A stretch of 49,192 nt of DNA from Nitrospiria bacterium (lineage in GTDB: Bacteria; Nitrospirota; Nitrospiria; JACQBZ01): the NCBI GenBank assembly GCA_919901335.1, contig CAKKOZ010000088.1:34291-83482 (forward strand), written 5' to 3'. The notes below the pieces were generated by a model. The model was not told where the DNA came from and made no database searches. It saw only the letters and a list, made by a program, of their open reading frames with translations. The position numbers were made by a program, and so were the translations under genes. Shown here piece after piece: positions 9,262-17,200 of the stretch (position 1 is its first letter; every line of letters starts with the position of its first letter).

Positions 9262-9797
9262 GGGGGTTCTATAGCAGGGAACGACTCAGAACGCTGGGGA
9301 TTTATCTCATTGTGATCCTCGCCCTCTTTCGATTGGTCCTGCTGCCTTTAAACAACGCTGTGAAGGACCGAAAGGTCCTGCTGACGGAATACCTCGAAAC
9401 CTACCGGACCAAGGCGATGACGCTTAAAAAACAGGCGGGGGAGGTCGAAAATCAGCTGACTCCGGGGCAAAAAAATAGGCTCCTAACCTCTCTCTATTCG
9501 AAGGGCTCTTCCGATTCGATGATCCAGTCGGACGTCCTTCGGGTGGTCATCAAGGAAGCCGAGAAGAACGGGCTGATGATGATCAATTTCGAGCTTCCGG
9601 AGACGCTGCGCGATCCGGACCTGAGCGAGATCCCCGTTCTGGTCAGGCTCAAAGGATCACCCAGGGCGATGATCAGACTGTTAGAAGGGATCTCTCAGAT
9701 GAAGGCGCTCACGGAGGTGAGGATGCTTCAAATCGAAAAATTTTCGGAGGACTGGGTCCTGATCCTGACCCTAAGCGCCTACCGGACGGAGACATGA
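9252..9797 (+). CDS. T2SS assembly protein, GspM/PilO-like
   Basis: 181 aa with an N-terminal TM segment (LGIYLIVILALFRLVLLPL) followed by a periplasmic domain. It overlaps both neighbours. The call rests on architecture and position only. Confidence 0.45.
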   Translation: MQLRGFYSRERLRTLGIYLIVILALFRLVLLPLNNAVKDRKVLLTEYLETYRTKAMTLKKQAGEVENQLTPGQKNRLLTSLYSKGSSDSMIQSDVLRVVIKEAEKNGLMMINFELPETLRDPDLSEIPVLVRLKGSPRAMIRLLEGISQMKALTEVRMLQIEKFSEDWVLILTLSAYRTET

Positions 9798-10294
9798 TCA
9801 AAAAATACGGGATAGACCTTGTTTTTCTACTAACATTTGTGGTATCTGTTCCCTGGCTTGTGATTGAGACGCCGAAGAGGGACGGCCCTGCGGCGACGGG
9901 CCCGATCGGGGCCTCTCAGGGACCGGAGGCGAAAACCGTCGCGACCCCTCGATCGGAAAAGGGCTACGGGAGGATAAAGGCCCGCAATCTCTTTTCACCG
10001 GATGGCTCTTACCCTCTTGCCCAGGGGACGGGCCCCTCAACCTCACCGAACGAGTCCCACCGCCTTGTGGGCGTGCTGGGAACCGGGCAAAAAAAGGCGG
10101 TCTTGATGAAATCCACGGGGGAGGTTGTGTTCTTAAATGAAGGGGACAAATTCGAGGATGGCTTCGTGGTCACCCGGATTGACCCTCTGACGGTGGGATT
10201 AAAAAAAGGAGCGAAGGAAAAGGAGCTCAAAATATTTCAGCTTGAACCGGGAACGACATCGGACCGTCCCACGATTGAAAGGAGATCGCCCTGA
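9794..10294 (+). CDS. Small GspC/PilP-like secretin-interacting protein
   Basis: 166 aa: a TM segment (LVFLLTFVVSVPWLVI), a linker, and a C-terminal beta-rich segment HRLVGVLGTGQKKAVLMKSTGEVVFLNEGDKFEDGFVVTRIDPLTVGL that resembles the GspC HR / PilP fold pattern. No PDZ or coiled coil. Confidence 0.45.
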   Translation: MIKKYGIDLVFLLTFVVSVPWLVIETPKRDGPAATGPIGASQGPEAKTVATPRSEKGYGRIKARNLFSPDGSYPLAQGTGPSTSPNESHRLVGVLGTGQKKAVLMKSTGEVVFLNEGDKFEDGFVVTRIDPLTVGLKKGAKEKELKIFQLEPGTTSDRPTIERRSP

Positions 10295-12318
10295 AAACGC
10301 CCCTGGATCACTATCTGTCCTGGTTGGGGATCCTGCTGCTGTCCGGCTGTGCCGGGCTCCCATCCTCCGCCGGCCCCCTGAAAGGGGAGCCCACGGCCCC
10401 GCCGGCCCAGACCGGGGCGATCGGAACCGGGGAAGAAGCGGCCCCTCCCGGGGAGCGGCCCTCCGGGAAAGTCGAGACCTTGATCCTTCCGGACTATGAG
10501 CGGCCGCAATCGGAGACGCCGGTTCTCCTTTCGCCGATTGATCCGGCGCTTCTCGGCTTGGAAGACACACCGGTCATGATCAATGCGGATGGCATGCCCA
10601 TTTCGGATTTCATCACCTACGCCATTGGAAACAGCCTCAAGGTGCCCTTCTTCATGGACGAGGCGGTCAAAACCCTCAAGACACCCGTCACCCTCCGAAT
10701 GCCCCGGGAGGTCCCGGCCCCCCTGGCATTGGAGCTTGCCGTTGGGATCCTCCTTCAAAATAATCTCACCGTGGGGCAAAGGGCGGGAAGCCTCTTTATA
10801 CTGAACCCCAAGCCCGAGGCGCCAGCCCCCTTCGATGTGCAAATCGGACGGGGTCGGTCCGAGACTCCGGGCCTGATCGTTCAACTCGTCCCCTTAAGGC
10901 ATACCCGGCCCGCGGATATCGAATCCCTGATCCGGGATCTCTACAAAACAGGCGTCACGATCAAGACCTATCCGAGGGAAAATGCGCTTCTTCTCACCGG
11001 ACCGGGAACGGCCATCAAGGATATCTTAAACTTTGTCGAGATGTTGGATGTTCCCTATCTAAATGAAAAAAGGGTCGTGATGATCCAGCTTACCTACTGG
11101 GGCCCCGATGAGTTTATCCAGCAGATCGGCATGATCCTGCAGCGCCTCGGGTTTGCGATGGCCGGATCTCCCCAGGAGCCCGGGATTTCATTTATCCCGC
11201 TTAAATTTTTAAACAGCCTTCTCATCGTTGCGCCGGATGAGACCACACTGAAAGTGGTTCTTGAATGGAAAGACCGCCTCGACACGGCCGAGTCCGCCGG
11301 GGCGGGCGAAAAGGCCTTCAGCTACAGCCCCAAGTACTCAAAAGCCTCCGATCTCGCCGATGCCATCAAGCGGCTTTATGGGCTTCTCCCGGCCAAGGAC
11401 AAGGCCCCGCTTCCGGCGCCGACCACCGCGGGGTTCAAGATGGAGGCGGATGATAGACGCAACCTACTGCTGATGATCACCACTCCCTCCATCTATAAGG
11501 TCCTCCTCTCGCTTCTCGATCAATTGGACAAGCCCCCAAGACAGGTCCTCCTCCAGACGACCATCGCCGAGCTCACCTTGACCGACCAGCTCAAGTATGG
11601 ACTGGAATGGTTTATCAACAAAACCATCGACCGGGGGGCCTATACGGTGCAGACCCTCGGCCAGCTGGGCTTAAGCACGGGCCAGGGACTCACCTTTCAG
11701 GCCATCTCGGACACCAAGCTGCTTCAGGTGGCGATCAGCGCCCTTGCCGTGGATAACAAGATCAATATCCTGTCCAATCCGAGAGTCATGGTCTTAGATA
11801 ACGAGGAGGCCACCATCCAGATCGGCACCGAGGTCCCCATTGTCACGGGAGAGGTCTCCGCCTCGGACGTGACCCAGACGCAGAGCCCCAGCATCGTGCG
11901 AAACATCCAGTACCGGAGCACCGGGGTGATCTTAAGGGTCAAGCCCACCATCAACACCGAGGGGCTGCTCACCTTGAGCATCTCTCAGGAGGTGAGCGAG
12001 GCCCAGAGCAATCCCACCTCCGGGATTGACTCCCCCATCATCCTCGTCCGGAGGATCAATACGCAGGTCGTGGCCTCCCATCGCGAGTCCATCATCTTGG
12101 GCGGCCTCATGTCCGAGAATGTGAGCACCACCGAAAACAAAATCCCTCTTTTAGGGGATATTCCTCTCTTAGGCCATCTTTTTAAAACCACCTCGCGGGG
12201 GAAGACGAAGACGGAATTGATCATACTGATCACCCCCACCATTCTCACGACCACCGAGGATGCGGTGAGGGTGACCGAGGAGATCAAGCGGGGGCTCAAG
12301 GGTCTTAAACTGCCTTAG
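10291..12318 (+). CDS. gspD: Secretin GspD, predicted lipoprotein form
   Basis: The C-terminal secretin core includes ILSNPRVMVLDNEEATIQIGTEVPIVTG, VILRVKPTINTEGLLTLSISQEV and NKIPLLGDIPLLGHLFK. The N-terminus has a lipobox LLLSGC followed by a Pro/Ala/Gly-rich linker. The track start is TTG 10324. I prefer CTG 10291, which has AAGGAG 6 nt upstream and a CTGA overlap with the upstream stop. Confidence 0.85.
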   Translation: MKTPLDHYLSWLGILLLSGCAGLPSSAGPLKGEPTAPPAQTGAIGTGEEAAPPGERPSGKVETLILPDYERPQSETPVLLSPIDPALLGLEDTPVMINADGMPISDFITYAIGNSLKVPFFMDEAVKTLKTPVTLRMPREVPAPLALELAVGILLQNNLTVGQRAGSLFILNPKPEAPAPFDVQIGRGRSETPGLIVQLVPLRHTRPADIESLIRDLYKTGVTIKTYPRENALLLTGPGTAIKDILNFVEMLDVPYLNEKRVVMIQLTYWGPDEFIQQIGMILQRLGFAMAGSPQEPGISFIPLKFLNSLLIVAPDETTLKVVLEWKDRLDTAESAGAGEKAFSYSPKYSKASDLADAIKRLYGLLPAKDKAPLPAPTTAGFKMEADDRRNLLLMITTPSIYKVLLSLLDQLDKPPRQVLLQTTIAELTLTDQLKYGLEWFINKTIDRGAYTVQTLGQLGLSTGQGLTFQAISDTKLLQVAISALAVDNKINILSNPRVMVLDNEEATIQIGTEVPIVTGEVSASDVTQTQSPSIVRNIQYRSTGVILRVKPTINTEGLLTLSISQEVSEAQSNPTSGIDSPIILVRRINTQVVASHRESIILGGLMSENVSTTENKIPLLGDIPLLGHLFKTTSRGKTKTELIILITPTILTTTEDAVRVTEEIKRGLKGLKLP

Positions 12319-12340
12319 CAGAGGGATACCGATAAAAAAC

Positions 12341-12369
12341 TTGACATCTCTTTTTGCCTCTGATATCAT
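12341..12369 (+). promoter_or_regulatory. Sigma-70-type promoter P1 upstream of the 12656 gene
   Basis: TTGACA (12341-12346), a 17-nt spacer, and TATCAT (12364-12369) with an extended -10 TG at 12361-12362. Confidence 0.6.
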
Positions 12370-12450
12370 TCGCCCTTATATTTGGTATTTGGGTGCGGGA
12401 CCCAAAAGGCGGGGCCCAAAAAACGGAATAAAAACAGAATAAAAAAAAGC

Positions 12451-12480
12451 TTGACAGGCCCTTCCGGGTCTTGGTAGTAT
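12451..12480 (+). promoter_or_regulatory. Sigma-70-type promoter P2 with an A-tract UP-like region
   Basis: TTGACA (12451-12456), an 18-nt spacer, and TAGTAT (12475-12480) with an extended -10 TG at 12472-12473. It is preceded by phased A-tracts (12404-12448), including GAATAAAAA twice. Confidence 0.65.
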
Positions 12481-12580
12481 CCACCGAACACAGAAAGAGC
12501 CCATCGAAAGGAGGGGTGATCAAAGCGGGGCCGCTCCCCAAAAGCTTTTTTAAAGAATGTGATTTTGAGTCGGCAATGGG

Positions 12581-12612
12581 TCATTCAGAGAAAACGAGTC
12601 TCATTCAGAGAA
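12581..12612 (+). repeat. Perfect 12-nt direct repeat TCATTCAGAGAA x2 in the 5' leader
   Basis: Copies lie at 12581-12592 and 12601-12612, a 20-nt period, 44-75 nt upstream of the ATG at 12656. Confidence 0.9.
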
Positions 12613-12655
12613 GACAAATAAAGGCGGGTAGTTCACACAACAAGGAGGTTTCAAG

Positions 12656-14194
12656 ATGAAGGCGAATACGGTATTCAGGAAGGGATGGATGGCAGTGGTA
12701 GGAATCGTGGCGGTCGGCCTGATGGCCGGCTCGGCGTTTGCGGGCGTGCTTTCCACAACGGCTAAAACAGTCGCTGCTGAGTTAGTAGGATCTGCCGATG
12801 TGGCAGTACCAACAACTGTAGCGCCTCTTTCGTTTCGTACAGAGGTTGATATCACTGCAGGTGCGACCTTTACCATCACACTCACGGGTGGTAAATTTAC
12901 GGGAGCCGCGGCGAGGCAATTAGCGATCTGTAGCGGGACAACTGATCTAGCAACTTCTGCGGTATTTGCCGCTGACTCAGCTACGGCACTACTCACAGTT
13001 CTTGCCGGACAATCACTGGCAGGTGCGTCCATTTATGCGATTCAATTTGGAGCGGATACCGGTGATGTTGACATTCTGGTGTGCAATGAGGTAGGCGGTG
13101 CTGCTCCTTCGGCTTCTCTGCCGGTAAAGGTAAACGGCAATGCAGTTGCCGGTGCGACCATCACTACAGCAGTCACAGCGTCCAGTGTTGCTGGAGTAAC
13201 CTCCGCTGTTGTAACCATGTATACACTTTCGAATCAGTTCTCAGCGGTACTTAGCCCGGTCATCTCCACCATTGATTTTACCTCGACCAGCTTAAGAAAT
13301 TTCAAAGCGGATCCAGCAACAGCTCCTCCTGACACGACAGCCACCCAGTCGCAGGCCGGATTGCTCATATTGAGCGTTGAGACTTTGGATAATAAAGTCA
13401 CGAGTGGAGCAGCCGATACGACTTGTGCAAGTTCTGGCTTAGCTGCAAACGACACACTAAATGTCGTAGTCAGCGGTACCTTTACGGAAGCTCTGAAGAC
13501 AACTGCTGGTCTAGTGGTTCGCGATCTGGTAAACGGTGCAGACGTTGCTGCGAGCGCAGCCATAACGACTTCGACGACTTCAGCAACGGTTCCTATGCCT
13601 GGCAATACGCTAAAAATCTGCGGTTCCAATTCTACGGCAGCTACGAGAGTCGGTAACGTAGAGTATGTCCAGATAACAGTGGATGGAACGACATCACTTG
13701 TACCGAGAACCTTCACAGCATCAGTTACATTTGTGGGTACAGGAACAAACATCAAGCAGGCGAGGACCTTAGTGGCTTCCGGTACGTTGAGCCATACATA
13801 CAAGCTCGATGCCACCCAGCTCTATGTGCCTCTCGTGAAGAGCGATGCGGCAACAGGTACGGAAACCTACATCAAGCTTCAGTCGAAGAGCACGGTTTCC
13901 GGCTCGAACGCCGTAAAGGTGGCGATCCTCGCTTCAGATGGGACGACATCGGCCAACTTTAATGCCGGGAGCATCGTCGCTGGGACACCGCTCACGATCA
14001 CGGGCACCCAGTTGGTCGCCGCAGCGACCGCCGCCGGTAAAACAGTGAGCGGGACATCCGGATTTGCGGTCATCATTACCGTGGATTCTCCGGAAGCCGA
14101 TCTGTTTGCCTTTGCGAACATTGTAGACGCAATAGGTCCAAAGCGGGTTCCGGTGAAGACTGTCAATGCCCACAACGGTGGTATCTCTGAGTAG
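12656..14194 (+). CDS. Secreted Ala/Thr/Val/Ser/Gly-rich protein, candidate S-layer or major surface protein
   Basis: SD AAGGAGG (12642-12648) lies 7 nt before the ATG. The Sec signal peptide is MKANTVFRKGWMAVVGIVAVGLMAGSAFA/GV. The mature protein has few charged residues. Codon usage is visibly different from the neighbours (many A/T-ending codons). I recognise no family motif. Confidence 0.55.
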   Translation: MKANTVFRKGWMAVVGIVAVGLMAGSAFAGVLSTTAKTVAAELVGSADVAVPTTVAPLSFRTEVDITAGATFTITLTGGKFTGAAARQLAICSGTTDLATSAVFAADSATALLTVLAGQSLAGASIYAIQFGADTGDVDILVCNEVGGAAPSASLPVKVNGNAVAGATITTAVTASSVAGVTSAVVTMYTLSNQFSAVLSPVISTIDFTSTSLRNFKADPATAPPDTTATQSQAGLLILSVETLDNKVTSGAADTTCASSGLAANDTLNVVVSGTFTEALKTTAGLVVRDLVNGADVAASAAITTSTTSATVPMPGNTLKICGSNSTAATRVGNVEYVQITVDGTTSLVPRTFTASVTFVGTGTNIKQARTLVASGTLSHTYKLDATQLYVPLVKSDAATGTETYIKLQSKSTVSGSNAVKVAILASDGTTSANFNAGSIVAGTPLTITGTQLVAAATAAGKTVSGTSGFAVIITVDSPEADLFAFANIVDAIGPKRVPVKTVNAHNGGISE

Positions 14195-14212
14195 TCTTTA
14201 ACCATTAAGAGG

Positions 14213-14250
14213 AAAAAGGGCGGGCGGAAATAATGCCCGCCCTTTTTTTT
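14213..14250 (+). terminator. Rho-independent terminator (bidirectional shape)
   Basis: Stem GGGCGGGC (14218-14225), a 9-nt loop, GCCCGCCC (14235-14242), then T8 (14243-14250). An A5 tract precedes the stem. Confidence 0.85.
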
Positions 14251-14279
14251 AGGGCCACCACTCGTTTTCGGGGAAGTCC

Positions 14280-17200
14280 ATGCCGGTGCGAATTCTCCTT
14301 TGCGGTTACTACTTTCAAGGCAATCGGGGGGATGACCTGCTGAGGGAGTCCATCCGGAAGACACTGAGCCGGCATGGAGAGGTTCGGGGCGCCTCCACCG
14401 AGACCTTTGATCCCGATCTGTTGGACTGGTGTCAGCTTCTCGTACTCGGGGCGGGGAGCCTGATTACGCCTCGAGGGATCGGGGGCTACCGCCACGCGCA
14501 GGTTGCACGGGAAAAAAACAAAAAGATCTTTTATTATGCCCAGACGATTGAAGCCGGCCATCCCCACTTTCAGGAACACCTCGCACGGGCCGATCTGATT
14601 ACGGTGAGGGACTCCGCGTCAAAAAAGGTGGTGGAAGACCACGGGTTTCGGGCGGTGCTGACCGGGGACCCCCTTTTTGAGAAAAAGAGACGAAAGATCG
14701 GTTTTTCCTTCCGGAGATGGGTCAACGAGCCGGCCCGGATCGAAGAAGCCCTGGCTGCCCTGTTGGATGAGTTGGCCTGGGACGACGAAGTGCTCTCCCT
14801 CCCCTATACGGAGCATTCGACGGATACGGAAAGCGACACGGCCTTCCATGAGGCGATCATTCACAAGATGAAAAACAAGCCGAGGCTTTCGGCCTTTGAC
14901 GATGCGATTGGGAGCCTTGACCTGTTCATCGGGATGAGGCTTCATGCCCTTCTAAGCGCCGTTCATCGGGGGAAGAACGTGCTGGCGATTGATTACGATC
15001 CAAAGATAAGGCGGATCTTTGCGGATCTGGGAATGGAGGACAGGGTCGTCTCTTATGAGGAGGTCCATACGATAGCCCGAAGGGTGAAGGACCATATTTT
15101 CAGGCTGGATGCGCTGGCCTTGAGAGAAAAAGCAAACGAGGCGCTGATCGCCCGAATCTGCGCCGATATCAAGGGGGAGCCCATGCCCCGGATATCCGTG
15201 GTGATGCCGACCTATAATAGAGCCGACTATCTCAACGAGGCGATTGATTCCATCCGGGCGCAGACCCTATCGGACTGGGAATTGGTGATCGTGGATGACG
15301 GAAGCACCGACACGACCCGGTCACGGGTGGAATCCTACAAAGACCCGCGGATCCAATACCACCGCTTCGGCCATCAGGGCATCAGCTTCTCAAGAAACAT
15401 AGGAAGTCTCCTCAGCCGGGGTCCGATCATCGCCGTGGCGGACTCCGATGATATCAACCTGCCCAACCGATTGGAAGTGACCTTGAAAGAAATGGAAGAG
15501 AGCGGGGCGGACCTCTTCTATTCATCCATGTTCCACCTCGATGACACGGGGAAAAAGGAGAAGATCCCCAGCCGGCCTTATTCGTATCAACGACTTCAAG
15601 CGGGAAACTTTATATACCACCCGACGGTCGCGTACCGGCGGGAGGTCGCCCTAACGTGCCCCTACCCTGAAAACCTTGAGATGGTCGAGGACTACCATCT
15701 GTACCTTCAAGCCGCCCGGAAAGGATACCGATTTCACCGGGTGGAAGAGCCCCTGATCCTGCACCGGCTGCACGAGGAGCAGATCTCTTCGGTGAGAAGC
15801 GGGGAGATGGCGGAAATCCACAAAAAATTAGTGGATTCAAAAGGCCGGGCCCTACAGAATGAGAGGGACGGGAATCACCCGATGGTCAGCGTTATTGTGC
15901 CCACCTATAATCGTCCCGGCCGGCTCAAAGAGGCATTGATGAGCGTTCTCTCCCAAACCTATCCGGACGTTGAGATTATTGTGGTGAATGATGCCGGTGA
16001 CGATGTCACGGAGGTCGTCGATTCCCTGAATCATGAAAACAAGATTGTCCATCTTCAGCATCATGAAAACAAAGGTCTTGCGGCGTCAAGAAATACGGGG
16101 TTGAAAGCGGCCCGGGGGACGTATGTGGCCTATCTCGATGATGATGACATCTACTATCCCAACCACCTCGAAACCCTGGTCGGGTTCCTTGAAGAAAGCC
16201 GCTCCCCGGTTGCGTATACGGACTCCCATCAGGCGTTTGAGACATGGATACCCGATCGCTATGTGATGACGGGGAAAAGAGTCGCGTATAGCTCCGACTT
16301 TGACCGCCAGAAACTACTGGTGCATAACTATATCCCGGTGCTCAATCTCATTCATCGGAGGGACCTCCTTGAAAAAACCGGGTTTTTTGATGAAGGGCTC
16401 GATACCCATGAAGATTGGGATCTGTGGATCCGGCTCGCCCAGCAGTGTGATTTCCACCATATCAAGGCAGTCACCGCAGAGTTTAGAACCCGCTTGGATG
16501 AGAACCGCATCACCTCTTCCGGCAACCGCAAGTCCTTCTTAAGGACCTTAAGAATCATCCACGCCCGATACGCGCCCCTCGTCGCGGATCCCCGCCTCTT
16601 TGAACAACAGAGACAATTTCAGGAGTCGCTTGCCGCCGAGGTGGAAATCATTCATAAGGATTCCTCCCTCATCCAGTATGAGCGATTGCACCAATACGGG
16701 TTTGCAAAAGAATTTGTAAAGGGCAAAAAGGTTCTGGATTTAGCCTGCGGGGAAGGGGAGGGGAGCTTTCTTTTGTCGGCGGCGGCCGCGTCCGTGACGG
16801 GGATGGATGCCCATGATAAAAAGATAAGAGATGCCTCATCCAGGCATGTAAAGGAAAATCTGAGATTCATCAAAGGGTCCATGGCAAGCAACCCGATCGA
16901 AGGGGAAAAAATATTTGATGTGATCGTTGCCTTTGAGGCATTCGAGCCGGGTGTCGAGCCGAATGACTTCATAAGAGAGGTAAAAAGGCTCCTAAAAGAT
17001 AAGGGGATATTCATCGTCTCCACATCGAACGAAACAGCGCACAGGGATTTTGCCTCCGGAGACCGGCCCCATCACAAGGGCTTTTATTTTCAGGAATTTA
17101 AGGAATTATTGGAGGGGTGTTTTAGGCGGGTCCGGTTTATCGGCCAGGGTATTTATTATAGTTCGAACCTGTGGCCGATCTTTTCCGATGAGAACGCGAA

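Noticed and set aside
10199-10884. 123-aa and 215-aa minus-strand ORFs and an 85-aa plus-strand ORF at the 5' end of the secretin gene
   Set aside because: They sit in the very GC-rich Pro/Ala/Gly linker region of gspD, where all frames stay open. They have no start context or motifs.
12391-12423. GGGACCC-AAAA and GGGGCCC-AAAAAA motifs as possible terminators after gspD
   Set aside because: The stems are only 3-4 bp. On the + strand they are followed by A-runs, not T-runs, and on the - strand the T-run precedes the stem. They are more likely part of the A-tract/UP region of promoter P2.
12305-12659. Small ORFs in the 337-nt intergenic region (78 and 72 aa on the minus strand, 62 aa on the plus strand), including a possible 27-codon uORF from ATG 12576
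   Set aside because: The region is better explained as promoters plus a leader. The 62-aa ORF starts inside the P2 -10 box. None of them has a convincing SD. The uORF idea is kept only as a note in the leader finding.
12601-14364. Minus-strand ORFs of 143, 193, 161 and 79 aa antisense to the 512-aa surface-protein gene
   Set aside because: They are low-complexity mirror translations of an Ala/Thr/Val-rich gene. One crosses the terminator. The + strand gene has the SD, signal peptide, promoters and terminator.
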